Of a DNA stretch of 64,000 nucleotides, positions 47,138 through 56,326 are shown in pieces (the stretch's first letter is position 1; every line of letters begins with the position of its first letter). The position numbers and the translations under genes are program-made. The stretch is taken from positions 768,001 to 832,000 of the forward strand of contig OZ242005.1 of the NCBI GenBank assembly GCA_965204725.1, in the 5' to 3' direction. This DNA comes from Candidatus Latescibacterota bacterium (GTDB lineage Bacteria > Latescibacterota > UBA2968 > UBA8231). The notes under the pieces are model-generated. The model ran no database searches, had not been told where the DNA came from, and saw only the letters and a program-made list of their open reading frames with translations.

Positions 47138-49911
47138 TCCAGACCGGCAAACACCGTGATAAAGGTCGTCGTCTCATTCTGGCTCTTGTCGTCGGTTGTG
47201 AAAACGCCCGGCCGGTCGCTCGCTTCAATCACCCGCTCGCGCAGGATGCGGCCCAAGCGCAGGCCCGCTTGCGTGGTCAGCCGGTATCCTTGGTAATCGG
47301 AGGTAGTCGAGAGCTGGACCGCGAGGTGGGTCTCGCGCGAGTCCCCGGTCTCCTGCAAAAGCCCGGCCGCCCGCAGCGCGTCCTCGTCCTGCACCCGGTC
47401 GCTGAACCATAGCTGCTCCACGCCCGCTTCCAAGACGGTGCGCCGCATGACCGGCAAGCGGGCGATCAACTGGGCGGTCAGCGTCCATTCCTCGCGCCGC
47501 TCCTCGTCGGCCACAAAGGGAGTTTGCCGCAAAAACTCGCTCTTGCACCGCGGCTGCAAGTCAATGCGGCCCAAGCCATAGACGTAGTCCACCTTGTTGA
47601 TCAGCCCCAAGAAACTCGCGCTGCTTGCCAGCGGGCGACCGATGTTGTCGCGCGGCTCTGGGGCGTTTTGGTGGAAGTGTTCCCACTTGAGCTTGTTGAC
47701 CACGTTCAGCCCTTTGATGCCCTGATAGTCGAACTGCGCGTACGCGGTGTTGACCCAAGTGTCTTGCGCCGCCAAGAGGTCGCGCACCACCGGCTGGATC
47801 GGCGCGCCGACAAAGGGGGTTGGCTCGCGCCGAGCGTCGGGAATGGTGTCCTTGGCCTGCTTGAGCATGTCAAAGATCCGCAAGCGTCCCAAGCCGGCGT
47901 AGTCCCGATCGAGCGTGAACATCGCGTAATTGGTTTTGTTGACCGCGTCGGTCGCCGGTGCTCGCTCATCCGTGCGCCCAATGGTCAGCCGCACCTCCGG
48001 CGCGAGGTGGAGGCCGGCAAAGAAATTGTAGCCCCGCCGGTCTGGCTTGTACGGGTAATCGGGCCAATCGTCGTCTTCAAAGCGGTCTATCCAACGGTTG
48101 TTGTTCAAGTCAATGCCAAAGAGGAACTCCGGGCGATCGACGTTGTAGCGCAAAAACGGCTCGTCGTAGTCCGGGACGATATTGGCGGCGGTGGCGTTGT
48201 CGTTTTGGTTGAAGTCGGAGATGAAATCGTTGTTTTGGTCCCAGCCGGGAAAAATGGCTCGGTCGTTGGTCGAGCCAAAGCGGATCCAGTCGGGGAAGCG
48301 GTCTTGATCGTCGTTGTCATCGACGAACTCGTACCAGTGCCGCTGGGTATTGTCGTATTGCACGTCGCCCGTGGTGCTGACCAAGAAGGCCGTCGTCGAA
48401 TAGGCTGCGTCAATAGCGTAGGCTTCGCCGTAGAGGAAGTAGGGGAACGCACTGCGCGAGACATGGAAGTACCAAGCGTCGGCGCGCTCGGCCGAGATCG
48501 CGTGTTCTTCGCCCTCGTTGAACAGCGCGGCATTGGGAAACTGGAAATAGCGCTGGTTGCGGTCCCACTCGCCGTACAAGTCGAAGCCGAGGACCCCCGT
48601 GCCCTCAATGGTAAAGCCGCCGACTAGGTTGGCCGTCGGCAGCCCGTAGGAAAACTCAATCCGCTGCAAGTTCGTGATGTCCGCGACATTGCCCTCGGCC
48701 CGCCGCACCGCAATCAAGGCCGGTTGCGCCGCGTCGAGTACCTCGGCGGTCAACGGCGCGGGCGGGACGGCCCGCAAGCCCGTCTGGCGGTCGGACCACA
48801 TCTCGACCTTGAAGTCGTTGGCCAGCACGTAGCTGAAATCCACCCCGACGATGGTCGTCGGGTCTGGCCCGACATACCCCGGATCGTTGAAGTCGTAGTT
48901 GACGATGATGCGCTCCGGGCCGTCCGCGGCCAAAAAGCCCGGCCGCCGGAACCCGCCAAAGACGATCGGCCACTGCGAGCCGGGCCGGACCACCTCCTGC
49001 AAGGTGGCAACCGTCTCGCGGCCGGTGTCGAAGTCGCGGCTAGTAATCCGCACGTCGTGGCTGAAAAGGGCCGCCCCCCCTTCGTTGTCCTCGGGCGAGT
49101 CGTCGCTCAAAATCACCGCAATCGCCGTCAGCGGGGCCGTGCTCTGCCCAGCGGTCAGGCTGCCCGCGACCAAGTCGCCGTTGAACATGTCGAGCAGCGT
49201 ATTGCCGTTGCTGGCGTCTATGACTTGAGCGCCCAGCTCGACGAAATCCCCTAGCTGAAAGGTCGCCCGGCCGCCGAACAACGAGGTGATGTTGGTCTGG
49301 GTCACCGGCTCGGTAATCCCGCCCGAAAGCTGGGTGGAGCCGCGGATCGGCTCGCTGATGCGCGAGGCGAGGATCGTCGCTTGGTACTTGTCCGCGGCAA
49401 AATCCACTTGCACTCCGTTGAAGTCCGGCTTGGAAAAGGTCATCGGCGTCAGGGTCGTGCGAATCCGGTCGCCGACCGTAATCGCGTAGTGGTACTGCCC
49501 CTGCGAGTCGCCGCTGATGGTCACCGCGTTGAACCAGCGGTTGAAGCGCGTACTCTGAAAAATCCCACTGCCCAAAGGCTGCGGCTGGAATTGCCGCCAG
49601 TCGTAGATGAGCCAACCGCGCGTGGTGAAATTGCCGTACACGTCGTAGAAGTAGTCGCCCTCGCGGGTGGTGTTGACGTAGCGCTGGTAGGGGGTGCGGG
49701 CGTAGTTGGAGTACTCCCACTGCCGCCAGCCGTAGTCGAAGAAGAGCTCTTGCGGCACGTACCACTTCTTAACCGCCGGGTCAAGCGCCCCAAAGAGCAC
49801 GCCCGGGCCGGTAGGCTCAAAGCGGACGGCCCCGCCGCGCTGGACGTAGGCTTGGCCCCAAGCCGGAATGCCGGCGATCAGCACCAGCCAGACGGCGAAC
49901 CATTTCCCCAT
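47134..49911 (-). CDS. large exported protein (925 aa), paralogue of 42720-45545; putative outer-membrane protein
   Basis: Signal peptide MGKWFAVWLVLIAGIPAWG; DDNDDQDRFPD, DQNNDFISDFNQN, DLNNN; beta-strand-like C-terminus. Confidence 0.75.
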   Translation of the reverse strand: MGKWFAVWLVLIAGIPAWGQAYVQRGGAVRFEPTGPGVLFGALDPAVKKWYVPQELFFDYGWRQWEYSNYARTPYQRYVNTTREGDYFYDVYGNFTTRGWLIYDWRQFQPQPLGSGIFQSTRFNRWFNAVTISGDSQGQYHYAITVGDRIRTTLTPMTFSKPDFNGVQVDFAADKYQATILASRISEPIRGSTQLSGGITEPVTQTNITSLFGGRATFQLGDFVELGAQVIDASNGNTLLDMFNGDLVAGSLTAGQSTAPLTAIAVILSDDSPEDNEGGAALFSHDVRITSRDFDTGRETVATLQEVVRPGSQWPIVFGGFRRPGFLAADGPERIIVNYDFNDPGYVGPDPTTIVGVDFSYVLANDFKVEMWSDRQTGLRAVPPAPLTAEVLDAAQPALIAVRRAEGNVADITNLQRIEFSYGLPTANLVGGFTIEGTGVLGFDLYGEWDRNQRYFQFPNAALFNEGEEHAISAERADAWYFHVSRSAFPYFLYGEAYAIDAAYSTTAFLVSTTGDVQYDNTQRHWYEFVDDNDDQDRFPDWIRFGSTNDRAIFPGWDQNNDFISDFNQNDNATAANIVPDYDEPFLRYNVDRPEFLFGIDLNNNRWIDRFEDDDWPDYPYKPDRRGYNFFAGLHLAPEVRLTIGRTDERAPATDAVNKTNYAMFTLDRDYAGLGRLRIFDMLKQAKDTIPDARREPTPFVGAPIQPVVRDLLAAQDTWVNTAYAQFDYQGIKGLNVVNKLKWEHFHQNAPEPRDNIGRPLASSASFLGLINKVDYVYGLGRIDLQPRCKSEFLRQTPFVADEERREEWTLTAQLIARLPVMRRTVLEAGVEQLWFSDRVQDEDALRAAGLLQETGDSRETHLAVQLSTTSDYQGYRLTTQAGLRLGRILRERVIEASDRPGVFTTDDKSQNETTTFITVFAGLE

Positions 49912-49916
49912 AGCGT

Positions 49917-52178
49917 TCAATAAACCACGCCCACGCCCGCGACCACTCGGGCGCGGCCGGTCTTGGCGTCGAGCGCGACGCTGAACACGTAGTGCCCCGG
50001 CGGCACCAACTCGCCCGCGTCGTCGCGCCCATCCCAAGGCCGCGCAAAGCGCCCGCTCTCCGCCAGCGCGTCGGCCAGAGTCCGCACCGGCCGGCCGGCC
50101 AAGTCGAAAATCGCCACCCGCAGCCGCGTGGGGCGGCCCACATTGGTCAAATCGTATTGCAGGTCTGCCCGGTCGTTGACGCCGTCCCCATTGGGCGTAA
50201 AGACCGGCGGCTGGGCGCGCACATTGATCAGCAACTCGCCCGAGATGGGCACTTGCACCGACAGGTTGCCGGCAAAGGGCGTCCCGAGGGCCTGCGCGTC
50301 GAGATCGCCCTCCCCTAAATCGGCCGCATTGCCGGGGACTACGCGCTGCCCCAACGGGCCGGCGGTGGTGTTAAACACTTGGCCGCTAAACATGGTGCCG
50401 AAGCGCAGGACCGCGCTGGCAAAATGTACGCGCAATTCCGTGCCGTCCGCGCCTACGACCGGGAATTCGAGGGTCAAGGCATCGTCGGCCACCGCTACGA
50501 CCGCAAAATCGCCGCGCACCACCGGCAACTCGTCGAGCACCGCGCCGCTGAAATCGGCGACCAACTCGTCGCCTTCCGGCGGCCGGATCTGCACCGTGCC
50601 GACTCGCTCCACTTTGAGCGGCGTGGCGATCCGCAGGCGATTAAAGCCCCGATCTCGGCCGGGGCGGAACTTGCTCCGCACTGCGTAGGTGAACTCCGTC
50701 TCCTCTCCTACGGCCGCGCTGCGGGGGCCGATCTCGGCGATCAATGCCTCGGCCAGCGGCGATGGCAGCACGTCAAAGGAAAGGCCCCCAACGCCCGTGG
50801 CCGCCTCAAAGTCGTCGCTGAAGAACTCGATCATAAACTGGAAATAACGCCGCGGTCCGGGCGAGACGACCGGCCCGCCCGCGCCCTCGCTGCCCAAAGC
50901 GGTCGGGAGGACGATGCTGCTCGGGGGATAGGGCGGCGACCACGCGCTCCAGTTGCTCACATCGTTGCGAATGGTCGCCCGTGCGCCGCGCGGGAGCTTT
51001 TTGTAATCGGCCTCAGTCAACGTCACCTGCGCCCGCTCCTCCGGCGAGAGCGCGTTAAAGGCTTGCACGGCGTCGCGCAAATCCACTTCCTCGTTGTCGA
51101 GGACCGCCTCGACCAGCGCTTGCAGCGCCTCGTCTTCAATGTCTGGGGCGAATTTCCACGGCACCCCCACCTCGCGCGCACTCAGGCCGCTGCTGATTCC
51201 AGTGCCGCTGCTGACCCCGGCCCCATCGGCCTGCAACCCGACATTGCCCCCGCCCACGCGGAAGATCGACTCCCCGGGCCGCACCTTGTTGAACTCCACC
51301 GGCTCGGGATCAACGCCCGTGCGCGTGCGCACCGCAATCCGCGACAGCGGCGGGTCGCCGACCTGCTCCTGCACCCAGCGCAGTTGGCCCAACAGCGCCA
51401 GATCGCCAAAGTCGAAGATGTTGGAGATATAGACGGCCTCGGGCACAAAGCCCGTGCCAAAGACTTGGAACTCGGCGAGGTCAAACCCGAGGGCCGTCAG
51501 GGATTTGAGCCGCACAAAGCGCACGTATTGCGGCGGGATGCGCACATCGACGACCGCCTCTTCGTTCTGGCCTTTTAGCACCACACTCGTGCGGATGGGC
51601 ACTCCCTCGCGCTGGGTGTCTGGCGTACCGTCGTTGATGAAAATCTCAAAGCTGCGCATGAAGTCGTTCTGGAAGGGGAAATTCGGGGCGGGGAATTCGG
51701 GCGCGGCGTTGCGCGGAAAAAAGCGGAAGCGATTGACGCCAAAGCGCGCCCCCAAGTCGAGGTCAATGATCAGCCCCAACACTTGGGCACTCTTGGCGCC
51801 GGCACTCAAGCGCAGGTCGAGTCCGCTTTGGCCGTCGTCGTCGATGAGCTTGGCGAGCTCGCCGCGCACGTTGAGGTTGTTGGGCGACGTGATCGAGCCG
51901 CCGCGCGCCTCGGTGTTAGCACCGAGGGCGATGTTGAGTGTGGTATCGGCCCGCTGGGGAAAAATCCAGTTGGCAAAATCAGGAGGTGCAAAGTCGATGA
52001 CGCCGCCGGGCGCGTTGGTGTTCTCAACGCTTTGGGCCCCGCGAATAACCTTGGCTTGGATCGCGCCGCCCCCACTGCGCCAGCCCAGCCCGCTCGCGCC
52101 GACGACGATGGTATCGGCCGCAACGGGCAGGCCGCTAAAGACGGCGATGAGTACGGCGCGCAGGAGGGAATATCGCAT
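49917..52178 (-). CDS. secreted protein with discoidin-like domain and FlgD/T9SS type-B-like C-terminal domain
   Basis: Signal peptide; LDLGARFGVNRFRFFPR..RFVRLKS..LAEFQVFG; FTPNGDGVND..IFDLAGRPVRTL..WDGRDDAGELVPPGHY. Confidence 0.8.
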   Translation of the reverse strand: MRYSLLRAVLIAVFSGLPVAADTIVVGASGLGWRSGGGAIQAKVIRGAQSVENTNAPGGVIDFAPPDFANWIFPQRADTTLNIALGANTEARGGSITSPNNLNVRGELAKLIDDDGQSGLDLRLSAGAKSAQVLGLIIDLDLGARFGVNRFRFFPRNAAPEFPAPNFPFQNDFMRSFEIFINDGTPDTQREGVPIRTSVVLKGQNEEAVVDVRIPPQYVRFVRLKSLTALGFDLAEFQVFGTGFVPEAVYISNIFDFGDLALLGQLRWVQEQVGDPPLSRIAVRTRTGVDPEPVEFNKVRPGESIFRVGGGNVGLQADGAGVSSGTGISSGLSAREVGVPWKFAPDIEDEALQALVEAVLDNEEVDLRDAVQAFNALSPEERAQVTLTEADYKKLPRGARATIRNDVSNWSAWSPPYPPSSIVLPTALGSEGAGGPVVSPGPRRYFQFMIEFFSDDFEAATGVGGLSFDVLPSPLAEALIAEIGPRSAAVGEETEFTYAVRSKFRPGRDRGFNRLRIATPLKVERVGTVQIRPPEGDELVADFSGAVLDELPVVRGDFAVVAVADDALTLEFPVVGADGTELRVHFASAVLRFGTMFSGQVFNTTAGPLGQRVVPGNAADLGEGDLDAQALGTPFAGNLSVQVPISGELLINVRAQPPVFTPNGDGVNDRADLQYDLTNVGRPTRLRVAIFDLAGRPVRTLADALAESGRFARPWDGRDDAGELVPPGHYVFSVALDAKTGRARVVAGVGVVY

Positions 52179-52327
52179 GGGTGTTTGTTACGCTTTTCCG
52201 CCGGACTTGTCAAGAATTCGCCGCGCCGGCCGCAAGGGGCATTGCCAAAAAGTTGCAGCCGGGTACTCTTAGAATCGTTCTTAACACTCCTGTTGCTTTT
52301 GGCTCGTCTTGCCTGACGACGCGAGGG

Positions 52328-52505
52328 GTCATTCTCGCGAAAGAACGTCACCCCGTGCCCCGACACGGGGCGGGAATCCAGAGTCGAGGAATCTGAGCTG
52401 GTCCGACGACAGGGCCGTCCTTCCCGCGAAAGCGGGAATCCAGAGGCACAGGCAAGTCGGCTATCCTGAGCGAGTACGTCATTCCCGCGCACGCGGGAAT
52501 CCAGA
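52328..52505. repeat. three palindromic REP-like repeats GTC(A/C)TTCCCGCGnAnGCGGGAATCCAGA with 34- and 33-bp unique spacers
   Basis: Copies at 52328-52382 (with nested palindrome), 52417-52444 and 52478-52505. Confidence 0.85.
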
Positions 52506-52611
52506 AAAGGACCCAGCCGAATCAGAAACGGAAACCCTGATTTTCAGACAGCTTCTTATGGCCTCCTTTCGCATTATATTGACGACCCTATTTTGCAACT
52601 CAACAGCCCGT

Positions 52612-54147
52612 ATGCTACCAAAACCCTTATTTGTCGCCGCACTCTTGTTCGGGACCGCCTTGAGTGCCCAAACGCCCGCGGCCGATACCACCATCGCCGG
52701 CCAAACCCTGCCTCTGCTCCCGATTGAGACGCTAATCGCCCAACTGCAACGCCCGGCCAACGCCATCGTTTATCGGCAGGTCGCCTTTCGCGGACCCCTG
52801 TTCGCGCCGACCTCCGGGCTAGACACCCTGCGGGTCCCCCTTGACTTTGAGGACGTGTACTTTCTCGACGAAGTGTCTTTCAGCCAAGTCGCGTTTCTCG
52901 CCCCGGTGCGTTTTGAACGCACCCACTTCGCCGGAGGCCTCTCCTGTGCCCAAGCGCGTTTTGCCGCCGCCTTCGCCCTCCGCGCCAGTCATATAGCCAA
53001 GCACGCGACCTTCCAAAAAACCCACTTTCTCGGCGGGGCCGCCCTAACGGCGAGCCGCTTCGCCAGCATCGCTTCCTTTGTCGGCGCACACTTTGCCGGC
53101 CAGCACACCCACTTCGCCCAGACCCAATTCGACCACGCCGCCTATTTCGAGCAGGCCGCCTTTGCCGCGCCCGCCACCTTCACGGACGCGGCCTTTGCCG
53201 CAATCGCCGCCTTTAAGGAGACCACGTGGGCGCGGCCTCTATCCTTCGCCGGGGTCCGCTTTGCCGACCGGGTACTGTTTTGGGACGCGCACTTTGCTGA
53301 AGAAGCGTCCTTCGACCGCGGGCGGGCCGACGGGGAGGTCGCCTTTGACCGGGCGCTGTTTGGTGGCCGAGCTTCCTTTGCCGACTTCACCTTCGCTCGC
53401 ACGGCGCGCTTTCGCGGTACGACCTTTGGCCAAGCCCAGTTCGATGGAGCGTACTTCCGCGAGGCCGCCGACTTCAGCGAGAGCGAGGGCCGCGTCCTCC
53501 GCCTCGGCGCCTTCTTCAACCGCTCCCTCGACCTGAGCCGCGCCGCCTTCGCCCAGATCGACCTGCGGCCGACCGGCGCGGACTCGACCTTTGCCGCGAA
53601 CAGCCGCTTCTACTTGCACCAGCCGCGCTTCGGCCGCATCCAAGTGCGCTGGTCCCAGCTAGCCGGCCATCTCGCCGCGGCTGACTCAACCCATGCCGCC
53701 TCCCTCGACCCAACCTACGCCGCGCTGTGCCACCAATTCCTAGCCCAAGGCTTGGGCAGCGACGCCGCAGCCTGCCATGCCGAGCGCATGGACCACCAGC
53801 GCCTTGGACGCGCCTATGACGAGCCGGTGCGCTGGGGCCTAGAGCTGTGGCGGCTGAGTTCGGGGTACGGCACGGCCCCCGGGCGCATACTCGCCTCCAT
53901 GCTCGCCATCGTCCTCCTCTTCGGCTTGGCTTACCGCGCCGCTTCTGGCGGCCTGCGCTCCGCCACCGGCGCGGGCCGCCCCACCCTCGCCGACTGCATC
54001 GTCTTTAGCCTCTGCACCTTCATCCACCTCAACTCCCGATCTTGGGACGCGACGGGCAAGCTCAAAGCCCTCGCGGTCGTCGAGGCCCTACTAGGCTGGG
54101 TCGCCTTCGGCCTGCTGATCGCCATAGCGTTGGCCCATCTGCTGTGA
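52612..54147 (+). CDS. pentapeptide-repeat-type protein with C-terminal ion-channel-like membrane domain
   Basis: Signal peptide; 11-residue F...a.F..a.F repeats; SGYG..PGR TM; FSLCTF..VEALLG. Confidence 0.75.
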   Translation: MLPKPLFVAALLFGTALSAQTPAADTTIAGQTLPLLPIETLIAQLQRPANAIVYRQVAFRGPLFAPTSGLDTLRVPLDFEDVYFLDEVSFSQVAFLAPVRFERTHFAGGLSCAQARFAAAFALRASHIAKHATFQKTHFLGGAALTASRFASIASFVGAHFAGQHTHFAQTQFDHAAYFEQAAFAAPATFTDAAFAAIAAFKETTWARPLSFAGVRFADRVLFWDAHFAEEASFDRGRADGEVAFDRALFGGRASFADFTFARTARFRGTTFGQAQFDGAYFREAADFSESEGRVLRLGAFFNRSLDLSRAAFAQIDLRPTGADSTFAANSRFYLHQPRFGRIQVRWSQLAGHLAAADSTHAASLDPTYAALCHQFLAQGLGSDAAACHAERMDHQRLGRAYDEPVRWGLELWRLSSGYGTAPGRILASMLAIVLLFGLAYRAASGGLRSATGAGRPTLADCIVFSLCTFIHLNSRSWDATGKLKALAVVEALLGWVAFGLLIAIALAHLL

Positions 54148-54160
54148 CGATCGAGACGTC

Positions 54161-54352
54161 CTACTCCGAGCGGTCTGCCACCAGCACTCCGCCGATAGCC
54201 CAGTCCTCGCGCTCGCATTCTTCAAGCACGACCGTCGTGCCCTCGCGGGGCGCGTTGCAGGTATCGACCATGGCTTGGGTTAGGGCTTCAACTAAGGCCC
54301 GCTTCTGCTCGGCGGAACGCCCCGCGAGCATCTTCACGTTGATAAACGGCAT
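54161..54352 (-). CDS. 4-oxalocrotonate tautomerase family protein
   Basis: Pro-1 (MPFINV), GRSAEQKRAL, WAIGG; 63 aa; GGAG RBS. Confidence 0.92.
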   Translation of the reverse strand: MPFINVKMLAGRSAEQKRALVEALTQAMVDTCNAPREGTTVVLEECEREDWAIGGVLVADRSE

Positions 54353-54377
54353 CGTCCATTCTCCTGTTTGGTGGTTG

Positions 54378-56027
54378 GTGGGAATTTGCAAAAAAATAAC
54401 CGCGGTCGCCCGGTCTGCCTCCGTGGCCTTCGCCAGCACCCTCTGCGCTTGCGCCCCCCAAGACCCCCCAGCACCGCCCGTGCATTTCACCGACGCGGGG
54501 GACGCCGCGGGCATCGACTTTGTCCACTTCAACGGCTTTTCCGGCCAATACTACTACGTCGAAACCTTCGGCTCCGGTGCCGCCTTCCTCGACTACGATG
54601 GCGACGGCCGCCTCGACCTTTATCTCGCCAATGGCACCTACCTGACCGGTCCGCGGCCGGCCCAGCCGCCGGTCAACCGGCTCTACCGCAACGCGGGCGC
54701 GGGCACCTTTGCCGATGTCACCGCCCAGAGCGGCAGTGCCGACCCCGGCTACGGCTTCGGCGTCGCTGCCGCCGACTACGACGCCGATGGCGACCCGGAC
54801 CTCTTCGTCGCTAACTACGGCCCCAACGCCCTCTACCGCAACGACCAAGGCACCTTTGCCAAAGCAGCGGCCGGCCTAGCCGATCCGCGCTGGGGCTCCA
54901 GCGCCGCTTTCCTCGACTACGACCGCGATGGCGATCTCGACCTCTTCGTCGCCAACTACGTGCGCTACGCCCTCGACGACGCCACCGTCTGCCAGCAGGG
55001 GGCCGTGCGGGCGTACTGCCAGCCGAGCGCGTACGACCCCACCGGCGACCTCCTTTACCGCAACGACGGCGACACCTTTGCCGATGTCACCGCGGCGACC
55101 GGCATTGCCCTCAAGGGCAAAGGGCTGGGCGTCGCGCTGGCCGACTACGACCGCGATGGCGATACCGACATCTACGTGGCCAACGACGGCACCATGAACT
55201 TCCTCTACGCCAACCAGCACAGCACCTTCGCCGAGGTCGGCTTGATTGCCGGCACCCGCTACAACGAGCACGGGCACGCCGACGCCGGCATGGGCGTCGA
55301 TTTTGGCGACTACGACCGCGACGGCGATGCCGACCTTTTCGTCACCAACTTCGCCTTTGAGACCAACGCCCTCTACCGCAACGATGGCCAAGGCCAATTC
55401 GCCGTTGCCACCCAGCGCCTCGGGCTGGCCGATCCCTCGTACCGACCCCTCGGCTTTGGCACCAAGTTTTTCGACTACGACCACGACGGCGACCTCGACC
55501 TCTTCGCGGCCAACGGCCACGTCATTGACCGCATTGCGGAAGTGGATTCGAGCCAGACCTATCGGCAACCCAACCAGATGTTCCGCAACGACGCCGGCCG
55601 CCGCTTTGTCGATGTCTCGGCTGCCTTGGGGCCAGACTTCCAACGAGCCAACGCCGGCCGCGCCACAGCAGTCGCCGACTACGACGACGACGGCGACCTC
55701 GACCTCCTCGTGACCACGGTTGCAGCCCGACCACGGCTGCTGCGCAACGACGGCGGCAATGCCCGCCACTACTTGCAAATTCTGCTGGTGGGCAAGCAGC
55801 ACCCCGACGCCCTCGGGACGCGGGTGGAGGTCACGGCCGGCGGCCGACGTCAAGTGCAGGAGCGCCAATCGGGCGGCAGCTATCTGGCCAGCCACGACCC
55901 GCGCCTGCACTTCGGGCTGGGCGCAGCCACGAGCGCCCAAGTGGAAATCCACTGGCCGGACGGGACGCATCAGACCCTCACCGAGGTCGCCGCCAACCAA
56001 GTGCTCAGGGTAGTACAACCGCGTTGA
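54378..56027 (+). CDS. CRTAC1 / ASPIC-UnbV family protein with FG-GAP repeats; start uncertain
   Basis: Repeated DYDxDGDLDLFVAN; C-terminal GGSYLASHDPRLHFGLG..WPDG. Confidence 0.9.
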   Translation: MGICKKITAVARSASVAFASTLCACAPQDPPAPPVHFTDAGDAAGIDFVHFNGFSGQYYYVETFGSGAAFLDYDGDGRLDLYLANGTYLTGPRPAQPPVNRLYRNAGAGTFADVTAQSGSADPGYGFGVAAADYDADGDPDLFVANYGPNALYRNDQGTFAKAAAGLADPRWGSSAAFLDYDRDGDLDLFVANYVRYALDDATVCQQGAVRAYCQPSAYDPTGDLLYRNDGDTFADVTAATGIALKGKGLGVALADYDRDGDTDIYVANDGTMNFLYANQHSTFAEVGLIAGTRYNEHGHADAGMGVDFGDYDRDGDADLFVTNFAFETNALYRNDGQGQFAVATQRLGLADPSYRPLGFGTKFFDYDHDGDLDLFAANGHVIDRIAEVDSSQTYRQPNQMFRNDAGRRFVDVSAALGPDFQRANAGRATAVADYDDDGDLDLLVTTVAARPRLLRNDGGNARHYLQILLVGKQHPDALGTRVEVTAGGRRQVQERQSGGSYLASHDPRLHFGLGAATSAQVEIHWPDGTHQTLTEVAANQVLRVVQPR

Positions 56028-56092
56028 GGTTGACTTTTGACGACGCTGCGATAAAGTACATCTAGATATTTAGATAGGCGTGATAAAATTTA

Positions 56093-56326
56093 ATGCCAAG
56101 AAAAATACGCGAGCTCCTCGCCGACCTAGAACGCGCCGGTTTTGTTTACTGGTCAGACGAAGACGAGTGCTTCATTGGCCATGCTCAAATTGCCGGTGGG
56201 AACTGTTGTCACGGAGATACGCCGGAGGAAGTCAGGCGGCAGTTGGAAGTCGTCATGGAACTTTGCCTTGAGATTGAAAACCAAGATCGCGAAACCTCTG
56301 AGGCAGCAACGACCCGGCCTCATTGA
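56093..56326 (+). pseudogene. hicA-hicB deletion fusion
   Basis: HicA-like MPRKIRELLADLERAGF joined in frame to HicB-like VYWSDEDECFIG..CHGDTPEEV; imperfect palindrome at 56060-56075. Confidence 0.7.

Noticed and set aside
47524-51578. 367-aa and 399-aa plus-strand ORFs
   Set aside because: Antisense to the envelope operon genes; no independent features.
52328-52505. Calling the repeat cluster a CRISPR array
   Set aside because: Only three non-identical units, one with an internal insertion; no cas genes or clear leader; the core matches REP/dRS3-type palindromes.
52309-52611. N-terminal extension of the 612-aa ORF
   Set aside because: It runs through the palindromic repeats; a clear signal peptide starts at ATG 52612.
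54533-55760. Recurring gactacgacNNNgaYggcgac DNA repeats
   Set aside because: Explained by the FG-GAP protein repeats of the CRTAC1-like gene.
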